A DNA stretch of 64,000 nt from a virus (IMGVR_UViG_2636416131_000001:32831-96830), one strand, 5' to 3'; counted from the stretch's first letter, positions 44,401-53,638 are shown. A program made the numbers and translations. Notes: generated by a model from the sequence alone, not told the origin.

Positions 44401-44819
44401 CCTTTTTGACCGAACATTTCGCGAGCGTGTTCGGCTGCTTCGGTCCGTTGCGCCTTTACATCCTCTGGTATAGCCTTCCTGCGTCGTTTTTTACCATTTG
44501 GTGTGGTTGATTTGGCCCGCTGTTCCTGTTGAGCAACATCTTCCTGAACTACACGAGAAACGTCCCCTAAATTAAGCCGTTTCATTGCGTCAACAATAGG
44601 GTCTACTGATGGCGCTTTGGCCACAAAGTCAGGCCGGGAATTTTCGATTGTGTGATTTAATGCCGACACGCTGCGAGAGACAGGATCAACAGTAGCAACT
44701 CGCCCACCTTTCAAATCTTCAACAGCTTCCCGGATACCAGCAAGCTCTTCCAGCTCTTTTGCGCTGGCGGTTTCAACTGTCCTTATAACATCGTCAATGT
44801 TGGCGTTTTTTCTTTCCAT
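41445..44819 (-). CDS. sit: Sit, injected lytic transglycosylase / tape-measure-like protein
   Basis: 1124 aa; SLT-domain motifs (AVASAESSAGQRTG, GAFQITKGT, AYHAGMGHV); Gly/Ala/Lys-rich central repeats. Confidence 0.85.
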   Translation of the reverse strand: MERKNANIDDVIRTVETASAKELEELAGIREAVEDLKGGRVATVDPVSRSVSALNHTIENSRPDFVAKAPSVDPIVDAMKRLNLGDVSRVVQEDVAQQEQRAKSTTPNGKKRRRKAIPEDVKAQRTEAAEHAREMFGQKGGAQKSQNQRDARGRFIGKSGSKAAAEDARAERAEKARRKEDDERLNAESGLLKKLSKVAEGIGNPSETRAVDALGYAVAGPLWAAGKELGGISKEVGGSLNGARKSIADVIRGNDDNSRRKGFFRRKSQNSADVVQVNTQKRTVQELQDQTSEIKEGNDKILSALDQIAKNTGKKKGGLLSKLFSLLGKGAGGVASLLMGRGMLKKAGALAFGALGAKKLVGMLRGGGKKTLAHEGGDLAARAAGKLGLKAVGKGALRAIPLVGTVAGGIYDAVTGWNDTEAQRRAFGLKSGQDPSFQQKAAYTLANVLDLGGLVSGISSAIGDVLKSLGFEDIGNMLQSFSTESIAQAIDSGITNLETYISNLGDTISTKFDDYTAKIGDAVSAWFSDTSNKLLEKLDAIKDFFTVDNLKQVFSDAIDSAIDFIKNPGKHIKEAASNIWDGVKNLPGKALDAAVDAVKNTPAAMIVSKIPNPIGEANAKEITPELKAPVNSQQGTSDSKAESDAKQTNIAARVINAALDMAKDSNKTVKETANQIINANAVETGNKAAQTIDAALGQSATGKEEALSAYEIDKRRFNNGKDVSLPKLNAAGYQWISDNADYFDELERKYGLEKGILSAVASAESSAGQRTGNPVDKNGNKLSSALGAFQITKGTREDLGLSDADAMDTRKAADGAARYLSILMNRYNGDQGRAIAAYHAGMGHVDKGRVVAGTGEYVTRVRGYQQMLNNGAVYGSKVDHSAPAIHEKIPDNAVIDQSTGLAFTPGDSPFEKGGLVDKIGNAVGVNDLVNKFMNGRGMRREVVQGTLEERARGKGTATAAGNVYVDTPMPVEEARPVASNSSYFDQLGAQMGIDGLFDKLRNSPGMRKNNVPEPASTSQVTTAANDLQQPTGRMQIDGQVISDLGGSGAKPTMQLADNTVSLDGETKRLFAQMTSLLARIEEHTKDSAKGQGTVVKVSTPQPGVMRTVPLSIDDPLMNDYARVD

Positions 44820-44900
44820 GATCTTATCGCCTACCGTTTCGGTTTAAGTTTTTCTTCCAGTTTCTCCAACAGGAAAAACGCATAGGATTCAGTGAGCCTT

Positions 44901-45782
44901 TCAGCGTCCTGAATCGGTATACCCCCATACAAAACCAGGTTGGACACTAAGGTCTGATAGCTTTTCAATCCCCACCTGTGGAATGAAGTCGGTAGCCCGA
45001 AAGGGCACCCACAGACGGGTATACGCACCCTCTGTGGACTCCTTTTTATCCTGGTTTGGGCATTTATGCGGCGGGAGACGAAGACGCATTTCACCTTTAT
45101 CGATGTAGCACGGTAAACCATGTTCGAGCTTTTCATGAGCCAGTCGGATGTGTGCCGCCAGCTTCATAAATTCAGTATCAATGGCCATCCGTTTAATCGT
45201 TTCATAACGACGCTCAGCCTGATCTTCACGAGTACCGCTAACATCGTTATAAAGCTCACACTGATAAGCGAATTCCCAAAAACGCAAATCAACGATCGCT
45301 TCTTTGAATTCCGCGTCGTCTTCAGGTGGCAATGCTGCACGGCGCATCTCCAGCATTTCCATTGCCCAACCATCAAGCGGCACGATACGCCATTGATAAG
45401 GCACTCCCTCTACAGACACCTCAATATCGTCAATGAAAGGTTCCACTTCCAGGACCTGGATATCTTCAGCCAGAGCATTCATATCGCAATCGTAATAATG
45501 CTCTTTACCGCAATGTTTACAGGTGTAGGTGAATGTCTCGACCGGTGTTTCACGGGAGCCGGTAAATATCCACCATAACGCGGTAATCCGGTCCTGCGCC
45601 GTCCATGTCAGGGGATCATGTTTCGCGGGTTCAGCCAGCAAGGCTTTTAAATATGCCGTTGTCTGTTGTTCTTGTTCCTCCGGTGTTATCGAGTTGAAAC
45701 GCATCGCATCCGCAATATTTGGCTGACGGAACTGGATCAATTCAGTTGGCCGCGATGGTAGCGGGAAAAGGGGTAAAAGCAT
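44901..45782 (-). CDS. tail/baseplate assembly protein with Cys cluster
   Basis: 293 aa; CKHCGKEHYYDCD motif; morphogenesis cluster. Confidence 0.45.
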   Translation of the reverse strand: MLLPLFPLPSRPTELIQFRQPNIADAMRFNSITPEEQEQQTTAYLKALLAEPAKHDPLTWTAQDRITALWWIFTGSRETPVETFTYTCKHCGKEHYYDCDMNALAEDIQVLEVEPFIDDIEVSVEGVPYQWRIVPLDGWAMEMLEMRRAALPPEDDAEFKEAIVDLRFWEFAYQCELYNDVSGTREDQAERRYETIKRMAIDTEFMKLAAHIRLAHEKLEHGLPCYIDKGEMRLRLPPHKCPNQDKKESTEGAYTRLWVPFRATDFIPQVGIEKLSDLSVQPGFVWGYTDSGR

Positions 45783-45796
45783 CCTTGCTCCTTAAT

Positions 45797-46408
45797 TCAA
45801 AGAGAAAAACTAAAGCCCAGAAGGGAAGCCAAAGAACTTGAGGATTGGTTAAACGTGCTGTGCAATGCGAAGGTCATTGGGAATGACTTAAATTCCGTGA
45901 CCTGATCCCGCGCATAGGTGACATCGCCGGTAGTAACCGGGAATACCGTCATCTCATTTTCCAGTTTGGTTAAACCGGAAGACAGCAACCGATAAATACG
46001 CACATTGAGCAAATATTTAGACGGTATGTTCACGGTGCCGTCAGGATTGATCACCCGACTTTTTGCCGTCTTAAACCAGTCCAAAACGAGGCCATCACCG
46101 GTATCCCTGACCATCATTGTTATCTGCCCAGGCGAACGCTCCGTTGGCTGAAGGATATTCCCTCCGCCGATTTTAATCGTTTCATATTCGATGCTGTAAT
46201 CGTGGTAGGTAATGTCTTTGGCAAAGAAGTCTGCCCCCTCCAGCCCATCAACTTCGACAGAGAACTGCCATCCTTGCGCGAACAGCATTTTGTTCATGAT
46301 GATTGACGTCAGCTTACCAACTTCCCGCTCACCAACGCCGGAGCCAAATAATGTCGTCGTTAATGCCGAAGATATATAAGACTTTACTGATGCAACATTA
46401 AGTCCCAT
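45797..46408 (-). CDS. virion morphogenesis protein
   Basis: 203 aa; synteny only. Confidence 0.4.
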   Translation of the reverse strand: MGLNVASVKSYISSALTTTLFGSGVGEREVGKLTSIIMNKMLFAQGWQFSVEVDGLEGADFFAKDITYHDYSIEYETIKIGGGNILQPTERSPGQITMMVRDTGDGLVLDWFKTAKSRVINPDGTVNIPSKYLLNVRIYRLLSSGLTKLENEMTVFPVTTGDVTYARDQVTEFKSFPMTFALHSTFNQSSSSLASLLGFSFSL

Positions 46409-46418
46409 ATCAACGACC

Positions 46419-47009
<591 letters not shown>

Positions 47010-47139
47010 TTAACCGATTCTACGAGTTGTCATTTGTTACCGGTCAGTCTACACATTTCAGATACTACGTTAAAACAACTCAAGTGCTTCAAGTAGCACA
47101 TCGTCATCAACACCCAATCCGAAGATGCGGAGATAAAAT

Positions 47140-48324
47140 TCAAGCCTTAAGAGGCTTTGTGTATGTTCGTGTAATCCAACCAGTAATAAACTCATCCCCT
47201 GATTTAACCTGCACGTAAAGCCATTGACGATCTTTCTTATCTAAAATAGCAACAATTGTGTTTTTGCCAATGCATTCAATCACTTCACTATTTAAAGAAG
47301 GACTGACATGTAATCTTACGTTATCACCAGTTATAAACCTAAAACCATTGAGATCTTCCCACTTAATTTCTGTGTTTTCTTTAATTAATTTTTGTTTTGA
47401 TATTGGTGCATCCTCATATAGGGATACAGAATATGATTCTGTCTTGTGTATTTGCGATAAGATTTGTTCTTTTGCATAATCAGCAATAGCGCCAAGCACC
47501 ACTTCTGTTAAAAGCCACATAATAATAAACTGAAGCGGGTGAGGGAGCGACTTAAATGAATCAATGAACGTCGAACTGGATTTATTTAATCCTTTGTCTT
47601 GAACATCACTTTCGTTGTGAGATGTTTCAATAGCACCTTCGACATAAGCCTGTGCAATTGATGAAAGACTTTGCTCCATTATTTGATGTAATGAAGCCTT
47701 TTGCGCTAGGGTATATTGTTTTAATGATTCTTTTATTTCATTGTTTAAATCTATCTTATGACTTACATTTTGTCGCAATTCATTAAGTATTGCTTGCATG
47801 TTATTTAAACCAGCTTGCTTATTAAGCATCTCGAACTGGTTTCGTAACGGCATAGCAATTTCTGCCTGCTTCCTTAGCATTTGAATGTATTTATTTGCAT
47901 CATGCGGGGGATAAACCTTGGCCTGTTTCTGTAGAATTTCAAGAAATTCACGATGCTTGCTATTTATTCTTCTCAAGCTCGTCATGTTCGCAAGCTGTTT
48001 TTTAACAGAATCACTAAGTAACGATTGCAAATTCAATCTTGCTATTTGTTCTTGAGCTAGCCGCCCTATTCTTAACTGTTCTTGCAAGTTTGCCATATGT
48101 TCTCTATACGATGGAATGATTGCGTTTTTTTGCAGTTCTGCCAACTGTCTAACCAAATTATTAGAAGCATATTCTGATTTTAATAAATCACTTGCCGATG
48201 TATATCCTGGCATTTTGATTTTACTTAAATTATCACGCCAGGTAATATTTGAATCTCTATTATAGAGATCGCTTACTGAGCCAAGTGCAAGTTTTTTAAT
48301 ATCCTTCACTTTATTCACCGTCAT
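47140..48324 (-). CDS. bitopic membrane protein: N-terminal coiled coil, single TM helix, C-terminal SH3b-like domain
   Basis: 394 aa; Gln/Leu-rich heptads; TM FIIMWLLTEVVLGAIADYA; C-terminal WEDLNGFRFITGDNVRLHVSPS...GWITRTY; AT-rich; start overlaps upstream gene stop by 14 nt. Confidence 0.6.
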   Translation of the reverse strand: MTVNKVKDIKKLALGSVSDLYNRDSNITWRDNLSKIKMPGYTSASDLLKSEYASNNLVRQLAELQKNAIIPSYREHMANLQEQLRIGRLAQEQIARLNLQSLLSDSVKKQLANMTSLRRINSKHREFLEILQKQAKVYPPHDANKYIQMLRKQAEIAMPLRNQFEMLNKQAGLNNMQAILNELRQNVSHKIDLNNEIKESLKQYTLAQKASLHQIMEQSLSSIAQAYVEGAIETSHNESDVQDKGLNKSSSTFIDSFKSLPHPLQFIIMWLLTEVVLGAIADYAKEQILSQIHKTESYSVSLYEDAPISKQKLIKENTEIKWEDLNGFRFITGDNVRLHVSPSLNSEVIECIGKNTIVAILDKKDRQWLYVQVKSGDEFITGWITRTYTKPLKA

Positions 48325-48817
48325 CTTGCTTTAAACATCCATCATTTTTAGCTTCCTTGTAAATACTTGAAATTCCATCAAGAGAGAATGATGTAATTCG
48401 ACGCGATCCGATATATACATCCATGTTTTTTTCTTTTGTGGCTGACGCTGACTTCCAAAAAGAATACCATTCCCTACGATTTGGAGCAGTGTTTTGCGTA
48501 CCAATATTAAAGCTATCCGAACCAACAATTAAGGTAATTACATCAGCTTTACGAGAAATTGTGTCGCGTGTAGAAAAATCAGCATTCTCTTTCCCTCCAC
48601 TTACATACAAATTTCTTCCAGCTATATGATCTTCGGAACCTTCCCTTGCTCCAGCATCACAAGAAAAGTTAATTGTATAACCATCGTCATTGGTTGCAGA
48701 GATTTCTCTCCACCCTTGCTCACCTCCTACCGTCCAAACGGTAGAACCTGCCATTGCTGATAATGGCAGAAAAGAGGACATTAATAAAAAGCTATACAAT
48801 GACTTATATAATTTCAT
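48311..48817 (-). CDS. secreted protein, operon partner of 47140..48324
   Basis: 168 aa; Sec signal peptide MKLYKSLYSFLLMSSFLPLSAMA; TATAAT-like -10 upstream; AT-rich. Confidence 0.6.
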   Translation of the reverse strand: MKLYKSLYSFLLMSSFLPLSAMAGSTVWTVGGEQGWREISATNDDGYTINFSCDAGAREGSEDHIAGRNLYVSGGKENADFSTRDTISRKADVITLIVGSDSFNIGTQNTAPNRREWYSFWKSASATKEKNMDVYIGSRRITSFSLDGISSIYKEAKNDGCLKQDDGE

Positions 48818-48905
48818 ATTTTTATCCTTTTTGTTTTAGATATTATAGGCATAGTCCATATTGTTAGATCCACTATGCCCAGAGAATTTAATATTATTCA
48901 TTAAA

Positions 48906-49397
48906 TTATGGAGCTACACCCGGCCCCCTGGCTCGTTCTTCAAGCGTACCCTGCACGTTTTGATGGCGCATTCCTGGGGCATTTCTGATTGAGTCAATGC
49001 CATTTCTTCCAACATCTTCTTTATTAACGGCATTGCTCGCCACCAGCACACCCCAGCTAGGGATAGCAAAATCAGGAGCTGTTTCGCATGCCTTTACCAT
49101 ATAATCGAAAGTGCTTCGATTGATCTCATTTGCATCGGGGTTTAATAGGCGAGAATATTGGTATTTAGCATTTGCGTTGGTTGAGACTTTATACAGTTCC
49201 TGCTGCACCATCGCTTCAGAAAGTTTAAGGCGCTTCATATCTGACAGTAACTTCTTGCGCATGGATTCGTCTTCACTGACAGCAAATCCGTAAACGTGCC
49301 CAAGGTATTTCGTATAATCGGTACAAATCTCCTTTACGCTTGATGCTGCATTAACAGTCCCAGCCATAAATAATAACGGTAGTAATAGTTTTCTCAT
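48906..49397 (-). CDS. secreted protein with Sit-like C-terminal motif (occupies the sim position)
   Basis: 163 aa from ATG 49397 (AGGTGAGG SD); signal peptide MRKLLLPLLFMAGTVNA; C-terminal GMRHQNVQGTLEERARG matches Sit GMRREVVQGTLEERARG. Confidence 0.6.
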   Translation of the reverse strand: MRKLLLPLLFMAGTVNAASSVKEICTDYTKYLGHVYGFAVSEDESMRKKLLSDMKRLKLSEAMVQQELYKVSTNANAKYQYSRLLNPDANEINRSTFDYMVKACETAPDFAIPSWGVLVASNAVNKEDVGRNGIDSIRNAPGMRHQNVQGTLEERARGPGVAP

Positions 49398-49493
49398 TAT
49401 AACCTCACCTGCCTTATAACTCATTTAGGGTACATATTTTCGCCTTTAAAAAAAAGAGGTTATTAGATCCAATTGTGCATTTATTAAACAAAC

Positions 49494-49510
49494 AATGCTC
49501 TAATAAATTT
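49494..49510 (+). promoter_or_regulatory. C1 operator (Op51-type) upstream of c4
   Basis: AATGCTCTAATAAATTT, 16/17. Confidence 0.65.
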
Positions 49511-49689
49511 GTATTTTTAAGTCACGAATGCTATCTTTTCGCATCATATTGACCTTTTAATCGTTCAGGCTTATAGTTCCGCCGTCGTAGCAAATTCTGC
49601 GACCAGGTTTGACAGCCTGAATGATTGTGCGGACAACCGCAGATTTCCGATATTGCGGTATTTTTGTGTCCGTTAAACCGCGTTACGCC

Positions 49690-49790
49690 CAAATTATGGT
49701 GGGGCGTGATGGGGAGGCTTCGGCCTGCTGGTTTCACAATCGCCAGTCTGTCAACCCTGTCACGTCCTGCCACCTGTTTGACAGCGGGTA
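49690..49790 (+). ncRNA. c4: c4 antisense repressor RNA region (bounds approximate)
   Basis: between operator and icd; UUCG-loop hairpin aggc-ttcg-gcct; segments complementary to the icd leader. Confidence 0.4.
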
Positions 49791-49824
49791 GCAGGTTGTT
49801 AAACCTGATTGTGAGGCCGTAACT

Positions 49825-50046
49825 ATGGTTAATGCCAATCCTTGCGCACGCCAAGAATTCATCTGGCGTTTCTATTCCTGTAAAAAACACCACTATCACT
49901 TCGTTATCGCAGCAACAGAAGACGAAGCACGCTCTCAATTGCCTGACGGCCCCTGCATTTTTACTGCCCGTTTTTCAACTAACTCGCGCAATCCACTTAG
50001 TTACTGGAGCCTCCCCTTCTCTGCCGACGTTCAGGGGGGTTTATGA
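49825..50046 (+). CDS. icd: Icd, cell-division inhibitor
   Basis: 73 aa; stop overlaps ant1 start; immI synteny. Confidence 0.8.
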   Translation: MVNANPCARQEFIWRFYSCKKHHYHFVIAATEDEARSQLPDGPCIFTARFSTNSRNPLSYWSLPFSADVQGGL

Positions 50047-51086
50047 AAAAACCTCTCGTCACCCGTAATGACATAGCCGAAGCGATCGCCCTGCATACTG
50101 CCTGTATGCCGACACGGGAGATCCCCGGCGCAATTGCCAACTATTTCATGATAACCAGACGTTTTTATACCCGAACAGATAAGGCTGTGATCAACAAGCT
50201 ACTGATAGCCGAGATCAGGGATTATTTGATTGAACAAGGACGTCTACGTTACGCAACAGTGGCAGCAGAAATGAGAAAGGAGGCACATAGAATGACCGGT
50301 AATAATTTGAATGTTGAAAAAACAGCACCTGTTACGTCAGCTACGCCAGCACCAGCCGTGAATATCATCCCCAACACCGGAGACACAATCGACAGCCTGA
50401 CACTGTTAAAGATGGTCAATGAAGCGCGTAAGTTATGTGGGGAACCAGAGGTTCGGAACAACAAATTCATCGAAAAAATACTCGACGAATTAGAAGGTGA
50501 GGACGGTTACACAAAAAGTGCAACCGTGCCGCCAGGTGGCGGTACGCCTATGGTTGTCATAACCATGACCTACAAACAAGCCCTGCGAGTCGCCGCACGC
50601 GAATCAAAAGCCGTCCGCCGTTCGCTGATCGACAAACTGGAAGAATTGCAGCAGGCAAACTCCCCTACCCCATCGATCCCCCAAACATTACCAGAAGCTC
50701 TACGCCTGGCTGCCGAGTTAGCAGAACAGAAAATGCAGCTGGAACAACAGCTGGTGGCCGCTGCCCCTAAAGTCGATTTTGCCGACCGGGTATCAGTGGC
50801 TAATGGAATCCTGATCGGGAACTTTGCAAAGGTCGTTGGACTTAAGCAAAACGCCCTTTTCTCATGGTTGCGCCAGAATGGCATTCTCATGGCTTTTGGA
50901 GCGCGCAAAAACGTACCGCGCCAACAGTACATCAACGCCGGGTATTTCACGGTGAAAGAAGTGGTGCTGGATGATGAAAATGGCTACCAGATACGGCTGA
51001 CGCCCCAATTAACGGGTAAAGGCCAGCAGTGGTTAACTCGCAAGCTACTTGATGCTGGTTTGTTAAAACCAGTAGCAATAGGTTAA
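50043..51086 (+). CDS. ant1: Ant1 antirepressor (Ant2 expected from an internal in-frame start)
   Basis: 347 aa; C-terminal antirepressor domain shared with KilA and the ant-like paralog. Confidence 0.88.
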   Translation: MKKPLVTRNDIAEAIALHTACMPTREIPGAIANYFMITRRFYTRTDKAVINKLLIAEIRDYLIEQGRLRYATVAAEMRKEAHRMTGNNLNVEKTAPVTSATPAPAVNIIPNTGDTIDSLTLLKMVNEARKLCGEPEVRNNKFIEKILDELEGEDGYTKSATVPPGGGTPMVVITMTYKQALRVAARESKAVRRSLIDKLEELQQANSPTPSIPQTLPEALRLAAELAEQKMQLEQQLVAAAPKVDFADRVSVANGILIGNFAKVVGLKQNALFSWLRQNGILMAFGARKNVPRQQYINAGYFTVKEVVLDDENGYQIRLTPQLTGKGQQWLTRKLLDAGLLKPVAIG

Positions 51087-51164
51087 CAAAAGAAAAAAAC
51101 CTGCCAGCAAACTGGCAGGTTTCTGAGCAGATCGTCCAACCCGATCTGGATCGAGTTAGAAAAA

Positions 51165-51181
51165 TTTGCTCTAATAAATTT
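51165..51181 (+). promoter_or_regulatory. C1 operator (Op53-type) upstream of kilA-repL
   Basis: TTTGCTCTAATAAATTT, 16/17. Confidence 0.65.
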
Positions 51182-51250
51182 CGTTTTCTAAGTGCAAAGA
51201 ATCACCATTTCGAGCTGGTGATTGAAGGTTGATGCAAATTTGGAGAAAAA

Positions 51251-52051
51251 ATGCAACAAACATTCAATGCGGATATGAATATATCAAACCTTCATCAAAA
51301 TGTCGATCCTTCAACCACTCTGCCCGTTATTTGTGGTGTTGAAATTACGACCGACCGCGCTGGCCGTTACAACCTTAATGCTCTACACAGAGCGAGCGGA
51401 CTCGGTGCCCATAAAGCGCCAGCTCAATGGCTAAGAACGCTGTCAGCCAAACAGCTCATCGAAGAGCTTGAAAAAGAAACTATGCAGAATTGCATAGTTT
51501 CGTTCGAAGGCCGTGGCGGCGGCACTTTTGCCCATGAATTGCTCGCAGTGGAGTACGCAGGCTGGATTTCTCCCGCGTTTCGGCTGAAGGTAAACCAGAC
51601 ATTTATCGACTATCGAGCCGGAAGATTACAACCTGCTATTCCGAAGAGCCTCCCAGAAGCTCTCCGTTTGGCTGCTGACCTGGCAGAGCAAAAGCAACGG
51701 CTGGAGCAAAAAATGCTGATGGATGCACCTAAAGTCGAATTCGCCGAACGCGTTGCTACCGCCAGCGGGGTTCTAATCGGCAACTATGCCAAAGTGCTCG
51801 GCCTGGGCCAAAACTATCTCTTCACCTGGTTGCGTGATAACGGAATTCTGATCGCAACCGGTGAACGCAGGAACGTCCCCAAACAAGAATACATATCCCG
51901 TGGGTATTTCACCCTTAAAGAAACCGTGATCGATACAAGCAATGGAAGCAGGATTTCTTTCACGACTCGTATAACCGGCAAAGGTCAGCAGTGGCTGATG
52001 AAGCGATTGCTTGATGCTGGTGTGCTGGTACCTGTCGCGGCAACGCGCTAA
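51251..52051 (+). CDS. kilA: KilA
   Basis: 266 aa; N-terminal KilA-N-like region, C-terminus homologous to Ant. Confidence 0.85.
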   Translation: MQQTFNADMNISNLHQNVDPSTTLPVICGVEITTDRAGRYNLNALHRASGLGAHKAPAQWLRTLSAKQLIEELEKETMQNCIVSFEGRGGGTFAHELLAVEYAGWISPAFRLKVNQTFIDYRAGRLQPAIPKSLPEALRLAADLAEQKQRLEQKMLMDAPKVEFAERVATASGVLIGNYAKVLGLGQNYLFTWLRDNGILIATGERRNVPKQEYISRGYFTLKETVIDTSNGSRISFTTRITGKGQQWLMKRLLDAGVLVPVAATR

Positions 52052-52080
52052 CAGACGTAGTAAGAACCACCAGCATTGTA

Positions 52081-52926
52081 ATGCTGGCTAAAGTCACTTT
52101 CCTGAGCTGTATAACGATGAGCGATTTTACTTTTTCTGGCTATGAATTGGCCTGCTTTGTAACACACTCCGGTCTATCCCGTAGCGCCGGGCATATCCTG
52201 TCGCAATGTGCAAATCTCGCGGCAACAACCAGTGAATACTTCATTCACAAGCCTCACCGCCTGATCGCGGCAGAAACTGGTTATAGCCAATCAACCGTCG
52301 TTCGTGCATTCCGTGAAGCTGTAAACAAAGGAATTCTGTCTGTAGAGATTGTTATCGGCGATCACCGTGAACGTCGCGCTAACCTGTACCGGTTTACACC
52401 ATCCTTTTTGGCCTTCGCACAACAAGCCAAAAATGCGCTGATTGAAAGCAAATTAAAGATCTCTTCAGCGGCAACCAAGGTTAAAGCTGTTCTCGCTAAG
52501 ACATTGGCTTTATTTAATTTTTTATCCACACCCCCATGTCAAAATGATACCCCCTCCCCCTGTCAGGATGACGTGGCAATAAAGAATAAGAAGTCACAAG
52601 TTAAAAAAACAAAAAGATCAGTTTCCGGCGGTGCCGGAACGACCAGACTCAAAAAATTGACTTCATGGATCGCTGAGGCAAAAGCAAAGGCTGACAATCT
52701 GCGGTTATCCAAAAAACGCACTCAAAAACATGAGTTCAAGCAGAAGGTAGAGGCGGCAGCGCGGAAATATGCTTACCTGAAGAACAAGCGTTCTCCTGAT
52801 ATTGGCGGGGTATCAAACTTCGATAATCTGCCGCATTGCATGACGGTAAACGAAGCTCTTAATGCGGTTTTAGCCAAAAATAAAGATAACGAACAATGGG
52901 GTATACCGGCAGGATTCAGAGGGTGA
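52081..52926 (+). CDS. repL: RepL lytic replication initiator
   Basis: 281 aa following kilA under the same operator. Confidence 0.85.
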   Translation: MLAKVTFLSCITMSDFTFSGYELACFVTHSGLSRSAGHILSQCANLAATTSEYFIHKPHRLIAAETGYSQSTVVRAFREAVNKGILSVEIVIGDHRERRANLYRFTPSFLAFAQQAKNALIESKLKISSAATKVKAVLAKTLALFNFLSTPPCQNDTPSPCQDDVAIKNKKSQVKKTKRSVSGGAGTTRLKKLTSWIAEAKAKADNLRLSKKRTQKHEFKQKVEAAARKYAYLKNKRSPDIGGVSNFDNLPHCMTVNEALNAVLAKNKDNEQWGIPAGFRG

Positions 52927-52929
52927 TAG

Positions 52930-52946
52930 ATTGCTCTAATCTGGAG
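52930..52946 (+). promoter_or_regulatory. weak C1 operator-like site (core only)
   Basis: ATTGCTCTAATCTGGAG, perfect 11 bp core, degenerate 3' part. Confidence 0.35.
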
Positions 52947-52976
52947 TCACCTGGCGTTTTCAGTTTGAGGTCGGAG

Positions 52977-53222
52977 ATGCAATCTGATTTTTTACAGTTA
53001 GCGATCGCTTTTGCAGGATATGTTTGTATTGGCTTCTGTGTATACATGTTCAGCCGAAAAATGCTTGTCGATATCGACCGCAAAGAACAAGCAGAGGAGA
53101 TCTTAGTATGGATTTTCTTTGGCGCGGTCTGGCCATTAGGGATCATGTTTGCTGCAACATTTCTTCTGATGTGGATATTCACCCTTCCAGGTGATTTCTA
53201 TAGAAAAAAAGCCAGACATTGA
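52977..53222 (+). CDS. small two-TM membrane protein
   Basis: 81 aa from ATG 52977 (GAGGTCGGAG upstream); two hydrophobic helices. Confidence 0.45.
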   Translation: MQSDFLQLAIAFAGYVCIGFCVYMFSRKMLVDIDRKEQAEEILVWIFFGAVWPLGIMFAATFLLMWIFTLPGDFYRKKARH

Positions 53223-53345
53223 TACAATCGTTGCGGGTGCTTGAGGCTATCTGCTTCAGGCATTACCCGAAAAGCAGATAGAAGAAAGCCCCAGATAACA
53301 TTACGCGTCCTGCAAGACGCTTAACATTAATCTGAGGCCATATCT

Positions 53346-53552
53346 ATGCTTAGCATACGTAGATTAGCCTCTTACCGACCAAAAGGTCAAGGAGAAGCAG
53401 GCTATGAAGCAGCAAAAAGCGATGTTAATCGCTCTGATCGTCATCTGTTTAACCGTCATTGTGACGGCACTGGTAACGAGGAAAGACCTCTGCGAGGTAC
53501 GAATCCGAACCGGCCAGACGGAGGTCACTGTCTTCACAGCCTACGAATCTGA
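53346..53552 (+). CDS. mok-like overlapping reading frame of the hok locus
   Basis: 68 aa ORF starting upstream of and overlapping hok in another frame. Confidence 0.35.
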   Translation: MLSIRRLASYRPKGQGEAGYEAAKSDVNRSDRHLFNRHCDGTGNEERPLRGTNPNRPDGGHCLHSLRI

Positions 53553-53559
53553 AAGGTAA
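53404..53559 (+). CDS. hok: Hok/Gef-family type I toxin
   Basis: 51 aa MKQQKAMLIALIVICLTVIVTALVTRKDLCEVRIRTGQTEVTVFTAYESER; AAGGAG SD 9 nt upstream; below the ORF-track length cutoff. Confidence 0.8.
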   Translation: MKQQKAMLIALIVICLTVIVTALVTRKDLCEVRIRTGQTEVTVFTAYESER

Positions 53560-53638
53560 GAGACCTGGCGGGGAGAGATCCTCGCCACTCTTCGTGTGTC
53601 AGGTATCCTCAATGCACCCTTTCCTCTCCAAATAAAAA

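Noticed and set aside
44831-45136. 101 aa ORF overlapping the 3' end of 44901..45782
   Set aside because: Out-of-frame overlap with a longer gene in the same operon, no independent SD.
49463-49479. Possible second, reverse-oriented C1 operator near the immI operator
   Set aside because: Only about 12/16 match to the consensus with a disrupted core (ATTGGATCTAAT); too weak to call without binding data.
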